Origin: an uncultured Chitinophaga sp.
Lineage (GTDB): Bacteria > Bacteroidota > Bacteroidia > NS11-12g > UBA9320
DNA length: 64,000 bases
Reading direction: 5' to 3'
Assembly (NCBI GenBank): GCA_964617955.1
Contig: CAZTXB010000002.1
Location: 67,457-131,456 of the forward strand
This document shows positions 19,447-29,502 of this stretch, piece by piece. A program made the position numbers and the translations under genes. Under the pieces are notes generated by a model. It was not told where the DNA came from, did not search any database, and saw only the letters and a program-made list of their open reading frames with translations. The stretch's first letter is position 1; each line of letters opens with the position of its first letter.

Positions 19447-20894
19447 AAAAAGCGATTCGTTTAGCATTATTTCTAACGCTAATCTCTGCTCTACTTTTAT
19501 TTATTTTTATAGGAATTACAAATAAAAGCCTGACTTTCGATGAGGCTGGTCAATTTTGGGTTTCAAAAGGACTTAATCATTTTTCGCCTATGAATGTATC
19601 ATATGGTAATGTAAAAGATGTTTGGATTCAAAATAGAACTTGGAATTTAGATCCGGGCGGGTTTTCTGTTATTGCCTATTATTGGTTGCAGCTATCAAAT
19701 TCTATTGTTTGGATAAGGTTGCTTCCGCTATTATTTAGCATTCTTACGCTTATCTTTTTAAGGAAATTATTACTTCTGTTATCTATGAAGAAGGAAACAG
19801 CGACGATATTAGTTCTCTTATTTTTTCTCTCCAATTCTTTAACCATTTACAGTTTTGTTTTCAGGGCTTATAGTTTTGAGATTTTCGGAGTAATCCTTAC
19901 CTTATTTTATGTATTAAAATTTCAGAGAGATATTTTCCAATATCGTCATTTGCTTTTTTTAGGTATTATTTCGGGCATATTTTTATTCTCCCGCTATGGT
20001 TTCGCCCTTCATATAATTGCATTTTCCATTATCCTCATTTTTTTAATGAAACTTCAAAAAAAATTGAATTTCAAAACTCTTTTTAAGTTCACATTTTTTT
20101 ACAGCTTCCCAATAATAATTGCAGTACTCTTTATTTATTTCCAACAATATTTATTTCACATAAAAAGTGACCCTGTTCCTATGTATCAGCGACAGTTCAC
20201 GTTAATGCACAACTCATTTATAAAATTATTTGTTTTGAATTTTTTATCATTTAGAGGAATACCATTTTTTGTAGTATTGGTTCTGGTAATCTTCAATTTT
20301 CTTTGGTTAAAAATTGAACTCTCCAAAACTTTTTATTTGTTGTTTTTGTGGATGATTCTAATCCATCTTGTTTCTATATTATTTTCCATTTATGGTTTGT
20401 ATCCCTGGTATATCAAGGGAAGGTGGGGATTAACCCTTGAATTAATTTCCCTTATTTCTTTTCTATTTTTACTTCATTTTATCGATTCTAAAATTTCCGG
20501 TTCAAATCTCTTATTTAATCACTATAAAATTGAACTACTAAGTATAATCTTAGTCGGTATTTTGTTGTTCAGGGTTTATTCTCCCGATGAACCTTGCAGA
20601 ATTTTGCTTGATAAACTAAAAAACAGCACAGCCCAAAATGCCATTATTAATTGGTTTTTAACTCCTGCTGCCAAGTATCATCTAAAACACAATAAAGAAT
20701 ATGATGGATTATATCAAAGTAAAAATATGAAATTTGAAGGAATTGATTCTATTGCTCCCTTTCCGAAAAAGAATACCTGGATATTGGTTAATAATCCTGA
20801 TGCTTTGGTAAAGCAAGCAAGGTTTTCTGCTATAAAATATCCATATGATTTTATAATAAACGAACCCCTATATCAAATATTAATAGTAAAATAA
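19443..20894 (+). CDS. Polytopic membrane protein, putative GT-C fold glycosyltransferase (ArnT/PMT-like)
   Basis: 483 aa with more than 10 TM helices. An FDEAGQFW DE motif lies in the first extracytoplasmic loop, as in GT39/GT83 enzymes. It overlaps the FkbM stop in an ATGA. Confidence 0.4.
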   Translation: MKKAIRLALFLTLISALLLFIFIGITNKSLTFDEAGQFWVSKGLNHFSPMNVSYGNVKDVWIQNRTWNLDPGGFSVIAYYWLQLSNSIVWIRLLPLLFSILTLIFLRKLLLLLSMKKETATILVLLFFLSNSLTIYSFVFRAYSFEIFGVILTLFYVLKFQRDIFQYRHLLFLGIISGIFLFSRYGFALHIIAFSIILIFLMKLQKKLNFKTLFKFTFFYSFPIIIAVLFIYFQQYLFHIKSDPVPMYQRQFTLMHNSFIKLFVLNFLSFRGIPFFVVLVLVIFNFLWLKIELSKTFYLLFLWMILIHLVSILFSIYGLYPWYIKGRWGLTLELISLISFLFLLHFIDSKISGSNLLFNHYKIELLSIILVGILLFRVYSPDEPCRILLDKLKNSTAQNAIINWFLTPAAKYHLKHNKEYDGLYQSKNMKFEGIDSIAPFPKKNTWILVNNPDALVKQARFSAIKYPYDFIINEPLYQILIVK

Positions 20895-20903
20895 AATGGA
20901 TAG

Positions 20904-22373
20904 CTAATGCTTTTTTCTGGCGAGATAATTATAAAAAATAGAATTTTTCTTCTTGGACAGATAATGAAACTTAATTCCGGGCTTATGATAGCTGTCTAAA
21001 TCATAAATTGTCTTTTTGTTTTCGAGATAATAGTGGTAATTTTTAAATGAATACTTATAACTATCCACTTTTAAATTAAGGCATAATAAGGTTATTTGGG
21101 TTATTATACCAATGGAAAAGATCAGTATAAAAGTATAAAAATAAAGGGTCTTTAACTTATCGAGATTGGCAAGCATTATTAAATTTACAAAGAATAAAAA
21201 AGTGGCGCATCCCCGGAGCATAAAATCAAAATTATAGTAAAACAAGAAAAAAGGGGTAAGCATACAACTTATTAATAAAAGACAAGTTTTTGGGTCTCTA
21301 TTTAATACATTCGATTTTATATTTTGAATAATAGGTGTCTTTTTACTGAAAAAGGCAAAAAGAAAAAAGCATACGTATGGTATTGCTATACAAGCCAGAA
21401 ATCTTATTATTTCTTTTATTTCAATAAGATTCATTTGCCAGAATCGTCTGCAACCCGTTAGCCCATGTCCGCTAAAGTAGGAAACAAAAACAAAAAAAAC
21501 GAGAAGCGAAATGAAAATAAACTTTCTGTGCTTTAGGGCATCCTTATAAAAGATGAGTATTTGAAAAAACAGCAATAATAAAAAAGCAGCGGATGTAAAT
21601 ACAGACCAAAGCGGCACGAAGATGCAAATAAAAACTCCCAATTTGATATTTTTTGTAATCCATGAATAATGCATTAAACAGCCGCCGATTAATAAGGCAC
21701 AAAAATGTTGGGGCACATAGACAACTTGCGTAATAAAGGTGCTAATTTCAAGATATAAAGGCAGTGGGTTGCCAAACAGCACATCGGGGCTAAATACATA
21801 TATTTCCTTTATGTACACCAATGAATATAAAAGTAACCTTACCAGAAATATGGAATTGGGAAGTATTACAATTAAAAATGAATGGAACACATTTTTTGTA
21901 ACATAAATTTGGACATACCTTAGTGCTATGAAAACAACAAGTATTAATTCGCCGAATAGAAAATATTCAGCTGCGCTGTTTGAAAATAGTTTGGCAATTC
22001 CGGCCGGAATAAGGTAGTAGGCTATATTATAGCACAGGTAATGGAATTTATCATACACAACTGGCCATTGATAGTTTACCAGATCGCAGGTTATCAAATT
22101 ATGTTTTATAAAATCAAAATTTTGGGGTAAAAAATTACAAGTTCCCGAGAGAACTGCAATACTAAAAGACACAGCAAGGGTTAAAAAGAGCAATAACGGT
22201 GAGTTTTGTTTTTTCCTTTCAGGAAATTTAATTTCTAATTTAGAAATTAAATAGAAAATTACTGCCAGAGTAGGTAAAGAAACATACCATTTAAACCAGA
22301 AAATGAGGAATACAGCATTAGGTAAAATAAGAAGGATAAGAAGCGAATTTATGATTGTAAGTTTAAATTTCAT
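20904..22373 (-). CDS. Polytopic membrane protein (possible O-antigen polymerase/ligase-like or a second GT-C)
   Basis: 489 aa, extremely hydrophobic and Phe/Ile-rich. Function unassigned. Confidence 0.4.
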   Translation of the reverse strand: MKFKLTIINSLLILLILPNAVFLIFWFKWYVSLPTLAVIFYLISKLEIKFPERKKQNSPLLLFLTLAVSFSIAVLSGTCNFLPQNFDFIKHNLITCDLVNYQWPVVYDKFHYLCYNIAYYLIPAGIAKLFSNSAAEYFLFGELILVVFIALRYVQIYVTKNVFHSFLIVILPNSIFLVRLLLYSLVYIKEIYVFSPDVLFGNPLPLYLEISTFITQVVYVPQHFCALLIGGCLMHYSWITKNIKLGVFICIFVPLWSVFTSAAFLLLLFFQILIFYKDALKHRKFIFISLLVFFVFVSYFSGHGLTGCRRFWQMNLIEIKEIIRFLACIAIPYVCFFLFAFFSKKTPIIQNIKSNVLNRDPKTCLLLISCMLTPFFLFYYNFDFMLRGCATFLFFVNLIMLANLDKLKTLYFYTFILIFSIGIITQITLLCLNLKVDSYKYSFKNYHYYLENKKTIYDLDSYHKPGIKFHYLSKKKNSIFYNYLARKKH

Positions 22374-22611
22374 TTCGTATTTTTTTATTTCAATTCACGC
22401 ATCAAAAATAGTGTAAGCGATCCACTTTGGTTTTAATCAGATTTCAAAGTTGTTTTTTAAAAAGCCTTTTTTAGTTCTTTATCCGATTTAATTTTATCAC
22501 TTTTTCTTCCTAAAAATAAAATCCGGAAGCCCCTTCGCAGGTAGCCTTTTAAACGTCTGATTAGAAAATCAAAATATTTAAGCCAAAAAGAACAAAAGAG
22601 ATACAACTACC

Positions 22612-23054
22612 CTAAAACAAAACGGATTCCCTTGTTATCAAAGAATGAAAGCACAAATGCCAGAATTGCCCATCAAAATGCAACCCCGTACCGGCAAATA
22701 CACTCGAATCAATCTCACTAAAATTCCTGAATAATCTTCTGTGCCCTAATTTCGTAAACCTTGTATAATCAAATTGGCCGCTTTTCTGTTGCATAAAAGG
22801 CGTCATGTCAAATATTAGCCCATCCTTTTTCAAAACGCGATGAGCCACTTGTATATACCTGATAGGGTCGGCCACAAGTTACAGTACATCTTATAAATTA
22901 TAAGATCAAACGTTTCATTTTTAAAGAGAATATCATGGGCATCAAAAATTAGTTGCGTTCGGGGGCCAAAATACACATCGCTTTCAATAACTATATAATC
23001 GGGTTTTAAAATCATTTCAATATCGGTCGTAATAGCATTTGCTGCCGGGTACAA
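22612..23054 (-). pseudogene. Frameshifted class I SAM-dependent methyltransferase remnant
   Basis: Two overlapping ORFs (22830-23054 and 22612-22875) in different frames together resemble one methyltransferase (FDLIIYKMY ... RVLKKDGLIFD). No intact motif I. Confidence 0.45.
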
Positions 23055-23067
23055 GGAAAACTACGAT

Positions 23068-23630
23068 TTGCTTCAAGTATTTCGAAAATTTTCATTTAGG
23101 CCAACAATTTATTTAGTAACCCCGGTAGTAGATACCTCCAGTCAATTTTGGGGGGAAATGGTTACAGACAAACAACAATTGGAGTATTTAAATCAAATCA
23201 ACAATTCTGACCATTTAGAATATTTAAAAAAAAATAATAATCAGAATGCCCATACACGATCTGCTTATCATTGAAGAAGATTGAAGAAATGAAAGAATAT
23301 GTTAAATTTGAATCTCATACACATCCAATATTAACAAAGTTAACCGATAAGGAATTGGGAATTGAGTTTAATGTATCAAAGGCTTTTATAAAAAATAATA
23401 TAGACCCCGATTGTTTATCTATCGCCTATCAGGCTGGGGATTACGATGAAAAACATTTTAAAATCATGAAACAAGACGGTTATCAATCGGGTAGAACAAC
23501 GGAAACAGGATGGAATGATTTTGATACAGATATTTATAAACTAAAATCTATAGGAATTTCGGATAATGCCGATATTTACAAGTTTGAATTTCAGTTATCC
23601 GGTATTTTTGGTTTTATATGTAAAATTTGA
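23068..23630 (+). pseudogene. Polysaccharide-deacetylase-like fragments (split ORFs)
   Basis: 68-aa and 119-aa ORFs are adjacent in different frames. The second has an ESHTHPIL His motif resembling NodB-type deacetylases. Assignment is tentative. Confidence 0.3.
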
Positions 23631-23649
23631 TGAATGCTGATATTCGGAA

Positions 23650-24534
23650 ATGGCGAATAAGAATAATTTTACTTTACATCAGATGAAAATTTCAGTTATT
23701 ACCCCGGTAAAAAATTCAGAAAAGTATCTTGCTGAAACGATTGAAAGTGCTATCAATCAGCATGGGAATTTTGAAATTGAATACCTAATATTTGATGGAT
23801 TGTCAACTGATGATACTTTAAAGATTTGTAAAGAGTATGAAGATCAATTATGTAATTTGGGAAGAAAAGTATTTTGCAATTCAATAGAGTTTAAGGTTAT
23901 TTCAGAACCTGACAATGGAATGTACCATGCCATATCAAGAGGTTTAGGATGTATAAGCGGAGATATTACATGTTATCTTAACGGAGACGATTTTTATTTA
24001 CCGAATGCATTTAGTTGCGTCACCGAAATATTTACAAAATTTCCAGAAGTAAAATGGATCAGCGGATTGCCATCCAGATTTAATGAATCGGGTCAACATA
24101 TTGAGTTTTACGTGCCATGGGGATATAATTCGAAACTTATCTCAAAAGGTTTTAATGGAACTAAATTGCCAATTATTCAGCAGGAGTCTGTATTCTGGCG
24201 AAGCGAACTCAATCACCTCATCGCTATTCAACAATTACAACATTTTAAGCTTGCCGGAGATTTTTTTTTATGGAGCAGCTTTGCTAAGAATAAGGTTCAA
24301 TTATATGTCGTGGATTCATTTTTAGGAGGAAACCGAAAGAGAAAAGGCCAAATGTCGGAGGACAAAGCTCAGTACTTTAATGAAATGAATTCCATTAAGG
24401 ATAAAGCAAATCCATTGGACTATTTTTTAGTTTTTTTATTTTGGGTTATCGACAAATTTGCAGGGAAACCGGTAAAACAAAAATTATCGAAACACAGGTT
24501 GTATTACAAAAAGGGTAAATGGAGGAAAAGCTAA
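23650..24534 (+). CDS. Glycosyltransferase family 2
   Basis: ISVITPVKNSEKYLAETIESAINQ...LIFDGLSTDDT signature. Confidence 0.75.
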   Translation: MANKNNFTLHQMKISVITPVKNSEKYLAETIESAINQHGNFEIEYLIFDGLSTDDTLKICKEYEDQLCNLGRKVFCNSIEFKVISEPDNGMYHAISRGLGCISGDITCYLNGDDFYLPNAFSCVTEIFTKFPEVKWISGLPSRFNESGQHIEFYVPWGYNSKLISKGFNGTKLPIIQQESVFWRSELNHLIAIQQLQHFKLAGDFFLWSSFAKNKVQLYVVDSFLGGNRKRKGQMSEDKAQYFNEMNSIKDKANPLDYFLVFLFWVIDKFAGKPVKQKLSKHRLYYKKGKWRKS

Positions 24535-27500
24535 TTATCTCATAATATAGAGCTTTCCATATCCTTTTTTGAAGAAGGCATCACCCGCTGTTTCACTTAA
24601 CTCAATGTCTTTGCCGTTCACCTTTGCACTTACCTTATAAAGATAAACGCCATTGGCCAGCTTATCACCATAACTGTCGGTGCCATCCCATTCGTATTTG
24701 GTAATATTGCTTCCTATATTCATTGGACCAAGCTCGTCCTGGGTGAGTTCTTTTACGATTGAGCCTGATGCGGTAATTATACTAATTTTAAAATACTCAG
24801 GAATCTGATCTCCCGTGAGTGTAAATACAAACCTTGTCTTGGTCGTAAATGGATTCGGATATGGGTAAATATTAGTCAGACTTGATTTGCTAATGACTTG
24901 GAAGGCAATTTTATAATCTTCTTCCGAGGCGCTATTACCATTTGCATCGGTCACAGCAACTTTGAGTTCATAGACACCATCTTTCAAATTTCTAGGATTA
25001 AATATAAGTTTGCATTTGTCGTTTGGGCCTTTGGAAGGAATAAAATTGAAAGTATCACTGGCAATATTCAAATTCTTGAAAATGGTATTTCCTGGCTCTT
25101 TCATGGATAGTTTGAAATAGTCGGCCTTATCCAAATAGAAATATTTATTATCGTCAAGAGCTGTTATGGTAATTGTTGGGTTGGGCGAAACAATTTCAAA
25201 GTTGCTGATATGTCTTCCATCAAAAACGACGTCTAGGTAAGGATTCTTAAGATCTGTTTTAATAAAATACGGGAATTGCCAGGTATTATTGAACAAATAT
25301 TCTTCAGGTTGAGCCATATTTGGGTTAACAGTAACCCTCAACATGTTGCTCCCGAAAAGTCCTTTGGTGTTTAAAAGATGCTTTACTGTTAAACTATTAT
25401 TGACTGACAGTTTTCCATACTTTTTAAATTCTAAGGTATCAATTGTGTTTGCCTGATTGGTATTGGTTATTAATACCAATACGCTATCCATATTTAATGA
25501 AGAAATATTGGAATACGCCAAATACACTTGCAAAGTATCTCCCTCATCCAAAGAGTCCTTGTTTTGATAAATGCTTATCGGTGGATTTACCATACCTTCC
25601 GGATAACCATCATATAAGACTGTCCATCTTGAAATTCCTCTAGGCGTTTTTGATACACTGTCCTCAATATCAGCCTCAACCCTTAGGAAAGGGTAAATTT
25701 TAGCGTCTAATTGATCTAAATCGAATTCATTAGTCGTTATATTTCTATACAAAAGGGATTCAATCCCATTTGTCGTAAGACCATAGATGTTAAATTTTAC
25801 ATTGTCACTTGAATTGTCTGGATTGTGCAAAGTTCGATTAAAAGATTTCCATTTACTTGAAGGACCAATAGGAATTGATTTAATGAGTCCGGAATCCCCT
25901 AAAATATTTAGAGACGTGGTCAACGTTATGCATTGGTTTTCCGGTGGATTGCTAGAAGAGTAATCGGCCAATTTTTCTTCAGCCTCACCTGGTATTTTTC
26001 CTTTCTGGCCGACCAAGATGTATGGATGGTCATTTTTCAGACTCCTGATTTTTATTGCACCGAACTTTTCCAACTCCGAAAAGATTTCCTCCTCCCAGAA
26101 ATCAACATTTGTATTTTTTCCGGAAAAAATCATGATGTGATAACCAAAAGGAATTCTCTGCAAATAGGAAATAAAAGAATCCCTGGTATCCTTATTTGCC
26201 ATACTGTAAGTGTGGGCGCCTGACAAAGCAATTCCTGCCGGGAGATAATAATCCTTATTTTTTGGTGTTAGCGATGGTTCAAACCAACTCCATGTTCCGG
26301 TTGATTTTACATTGTACTTACTCCCGGTTTGAAATCTTCGTTCTGTGAAAGGATTAATGGCAACTGCACAAATTCCCTCTTGAGTATAAAAGCCAGCCCA
26401 CAAAGGTGGTAATTCATGCCAAATAGTGTAAAAAAAGGCAGAATTGCAATTTTTACCCCCTGTCCATATTTGATAATTATTTGAAGGTACAGTATTAAAA
26501 TGCAATTCTTTTAGATTGTCATATTGTAGCTGTACCTTCTGCGAATTAATAAATTTATCTATATACCCCTGACTCCAGCCATTTGGACTATTATAAATCA
26601 TAGCAAAAGTTGACTCATCCCAAACAGTTTTACCGGAGCCGTCTTCAATTTTAACTCTCCAAAAATAATCAAGACTGTCAATGGGCAATAAGGAGAAGTT
26701 AGCCTCTGCAAGGTATTGGGATGTGATTAATCCGGAACTTTTTTTATAAGGACTGCTAAAGAAAGGAGTAGTATCCAACTCGAAAATAAAATTGTAATTG
26801 GATTTTGTATAGTTTAATGACTGAGCAAGCAGTCTTACATTGGTACTGCTGACAATGCCATCTCTTTTGGGAAACAAAATTTGAGCATTGCCTGAGCTGA
26901 AGTAATAACTTATACTTGCTGTATTGTTAGATTCCCCAAACGGCAATTGTTCCTGAATTAGATTTGCCGAGTCCAAGTATATAGTAAACGTATTTGACCC
27001 CTTGATACTAATATTTTTAGGCCGTTTGATCCAAAAGATTAAGGTATCGGAATTTCCAAAACCATGATGCCACATGCTTTTATAATGTAAGATTTTGTTA
27101 TCTGGGGTATTTTGCTGAACGTGAACAGTGAAGGTATCGTTGGTAAACAAAGCACTGTTTTTTAATGATAATACAAGACCAAATGAATCGAGGTCGGCAG
27201 TGGCCTTTTTAGGGTAGACATAAGATTTAGTGACATCTATGGTGTAATCCGGTGAATTGGCATCAAATACCTTGATGGATGGATCACCCATGAATAGCAT
27301 TTGTTTGCAATTGGATCGGTTATAATCAGAAGATGGATTTTGATACTCTTTAATGGTTAATATTAAATTTTGGGCAAAGGAATAATCTGTTCCTGTGCTT
27401 AGTTTTTGATGGAAGGTATTTGCGTAATGATTCAATTCGCTTATGTACCCAAACGTAGTACCGGCTAACCATCCGATTGCTCCTTTCTTTTTGGTAAATA

Positions 27501-29502
27501 GATACCCCTCTGCTATAGAAGTCCCATCGAACGTGTTACCCAATCCGCAACCATTAAAATAGTAAAAGGGATATTTGTTTGCATTGCTTAATTGATAAGC
27601 CTCTCCTAAATCAATATCGGAAGCTTGTGCCGAACCATGTCCAAAGTAATCAACCAAGGCATAACCGGTATTAATTTCCAATTGAATTTTTGATTTTAGG
27701 GTTGAATCGATCGGACTCGGGTCTTGTTTCGTAATGAGTTTTCGAGTTGCCCCCCATTTCTCGCCTTTTACAGCACTATAATAAGAAGTAAGATAACCCA
27801 CAAACTGAGTCACTGAAGACGTATTTTCGCCTCCAGCCAATTGTAAAATCTTCTTTTTCCAAGGCTGGTACCCTTGAGACAAATGATCATTTAGGTTAGA
27901 GAGATAAATTCCCACTTGACGGTTTGTGGTGGCAGGCAATCTCCCTGTCGCTAACAAGGGGTCTAATTTTGAACCATTATAGCCTGTTGTGAAATAATAA
28001 TCCGAAGGAGGATTGCCAAAAGTAGGTACAAGATCTAAACTTTCGTTAGCACTGCTATTGAACCTGGTGTTTATATATTTATTTCCCTTACCAAGTAACA
28101 GCAGGAACTTTAAGCTTGAAGCATTATTGATAGACATTCTGCAAAAATTCTTCAAGGCCTCAGGATGCTTTAATCCATAATAAAATTGGTCGTAAATGTC
28201 GTTAGTAAAAGCTAAATACACACTGTGACTGCCTCCGGTGGATGTACTTAAAAAATCTTTGTAGGCATTTGCACCTGAATCGAGTTTTTGATTTGTAATA
28301 ATTAAATAATCGGCACCGCTTGGTGGCGTCAGTTGATTAAATTTATAGGCTTTCACAGTGGAGACTTGCAAGATGGACGTTTCGTCCAATACCCATAAGA
28401 CTCTATTTGAACCTGAGGACGGTAGTATACAATAAAGGTCTGAACCATTAACTTCGCCTATAGACTTTGTAAAGTTAGTGAGATCGTATAGTATTGGCCG
28501 GGTTTTTTCGGCCGGATATTTCTGAAATTTAAGAAAAGGGTTTGTCGATGTATAATCGAACTTAAAATTTGAGGAATCGTTTAAATTGAACAAGCGCGGA
28601 TAACTGAACTTGAAGTAAGCTGCCGAGTGATTTGATTTGGCCAATAAAAAAGAGGTTAACTTAAAGCCTGTGTACTGCGAGCCCACTAACATTCTGTCGA
28701 TGGAGTCATTAAAAAAATAACGCCCCAGGCCTCTTAACTTTTTCTCTGAAATGAGGGTGTTAGGAGATAGAACAGTAAGCTGCAGCCCATTGTTATTTCC
28801 ATCCCCATCAAAGGCACTAACATTATTGGCTCTTGAATGGGCTAAAACCTCAATATGAGGTTTTGGGCCTAGATTACTTAAATAGGGCGTAAGGAAATTT
28901 ACAGCAGTACCTCCTCCGCCAAATGAAATGGCCCAACCTTCCCCTTCACTGTATTCAGAATAAAAACCTTCAGAGGCAAATCCCAGGCCGTCATATGCTT
29001 GATTTTTGAACCAAATGGCTTGCTCATATACAAAATAGGGATCTGCCATCTTACCGGCATAATTTTTATCTTCGTTTACAATAATCCTTTTTCCCACACT
29101 CCCTGATACCGTCAGGAAATAAACCGCCGTATCGGAATACAAGCTCATGTATTGATGCGGCTGTTCTCCCGGATTATAGAGTGGCGCGTCGAGTTTACCA
29201 TCGTTGTAAGTTCCGTAAAATTCAATAAAATCGCTGTTGTCGAATTTGGAATCGCTTTCACCTGCTACGATAATGGGTTGTTCTTTGCCGTTAATCCACA
29301 TTTGAATGTTTTGAGGATTGATGCTGTTCACCGGAAACCCGATGTTTTGAAGCGTGTTGTAATCTATGCGATAGATGCCTTCCTTGCCTATCTTAATTTT
29401 GTAGTAATCCTGGCTGAAGTTTATCCATTCATTGCCATAAAGTTGCGCATGAATGAGTTTGGTGAACAAAATTAAAAAACCCAGTATGAGTGATTTTTTC
29501 AT
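24535..29502 (-). CDS. Large secreted protein with a C25 (gingipain/PorU-like) cysteine peptidase domain and a T9SS type-A C-terminal sorting domain
   Basis: 1655 aa with a signal peptide. A His-Gly ... Cys dyad (VDYFGHGS then about 33 aa to FNGCGLG) is spaced as in C25/CD-clan peptidases. The C-terminus YPYPNPFTTKTRFVF...WDGTDSYGDKLANGVYLYKV is a T9SS CTD. Confidence 0.7.
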   Translation of the reverse strand: MKKSLILGFLILFTKLIHAQLYGNEWINFSQDYYKIKIGKEGIYRIDYNTLQNIGFPVNSINPQNIQMWINGKEQPIIVAGESDSKFDNSDFIEFYGTYNDGKLDAPLYNPGEQPHQYMSLYSDTAVYFLTVSGSVGKRIIVNEDKNYAGKMADPYFVYEQAIWFKNQAYDGLGFASEGFYSEYSEGEGWAISFGGGGTAVNFLTPYLSNLGPKPHIEVLAHSRANNVSAFDGDGNNNGLQLTVLSPNTLISEKKLRGLGRYFFNDSIDRMLVGSQYTGFKLTSFLLAKSNHSAAYFKFSYPRLFNLNDSSNFKFDYTSTNPFLKFQKYPAEKTRPILYDLTNFTKSIGEVNGSDLYCILPSSGSNRVLWVLDETSILQVSTVKAYKFNQLTPPSGADYLIITNQKLDSGANAYKDFLSTSTGGSHSVYLAFTNDIYDQFYYGLKHPEALKNFCRMSINNASSLKFLLLLGKGNKYINTRFNSSANESLDLVPTFGNPPSDYYFTTGYNGSKLDPLLATGRLPATTNRQVGIYLSNLNDHLSQGYQPWKKKILQLAGGENTSSVTQFVGYLTSYYSAVKGEKWGATRKLITKQDPSPIDSTLKSKIQLEINTGYALVDYFGHGSAQASDIDLGEAYQLSNANKYPFYYFNGCGLGNTFDGTSIAEGYLFTKKKGAIGWLAGTTFGYISELNHYANTFHQKLSTGTDYSFAQNLILTIKEYQNPSSDYNRSNCKQMLFMGDPSIKVFDANSPDYTIDVTKSYVYPKKATADLDSFGLVLSLKNSALFTNDTFTVHVQQNTPDNKILHYKSMWHHGFGNSDTLIFWIKRPKNISIKGSNTFTIYLDSANLIQEQLPFGESNNTASISYYFSSGNAQILFPKRDGIVSSTNVRLLAQSLNYTKSNYNFIFELDTTPFFSSPYKKSSGLITSQYLAEANFSLLPIDSLDYFWRVKIEDGSGKTVWDESTFAMIYNSPNGWSQGYIDKFINSQKVQLQYDNLKELHFNTVPSNNYQIWTGGKNCNSAFFYTIWHELPPLWAGFYTQEGICAVAINPFTERRFQTGSKYNVKSTGTWSWFEPSLTPKNKDYYLPAGIALSGAHTYSMANKDTRDSFISYLQRIPFGYHIMIFSGKNTNVDFWEEEIFSELEKFGAIKIRSLKNDHPYILVGQKGKIPGEAEEKLADYSSSNPPENQCITLTTSLNILGDSGLIKSIPIGPSSKWKSFNRTLHNPDNSSDNVKFNIYGLTTNGIESLLYRNITTNEFDLDQLDAKIYPFLRVEADIEDSVSKTPRGISRWTVLYDGYPEGMVNPPISIYQNKDSLDEGDTLQVYLAYSNISSLNMDSVLVLITNTNQANTIDTLEFKKYGKLSVNNSLTVKHLLNTKGLFGSNMLRVTVNPNMAQPEEYLFNNTWQFPYFIKTDLKNPYLDVVFDGRHISNFEIVSPNPTITITALDDNKYFYLDKADYFKLSMKEPGNTIFKNLNIASDTFNFIPSKGPNDKCKLIFNPRNLKDGVYELKVAVTDANGNSASEEDYKIAFQVISKSSLTNIYPYPNPFTTKTRFVFTLTGDQIPEYFKISIITASGSIVKELTQDELGPMNIGSNITKYEWDGTDSYGDKLANGVYLYKVSAKVNGKDIELSETAGDAFFKKGYGKLYIMR

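Noticed and set aside
22374-22611. 238-bp gap between the membrane protein gene and the methyltransferase remnant as a possible small RNA or mobile remnant
   Set aside because: There is no convincing structure or repeat. It is likely decayed intergenic sequence within the island.
29152-29475. 107-aa plus-strand ORF at the 5' end of the C25 gene
   Set aside because: It is antisense within a well-supported long CDS and has no features.
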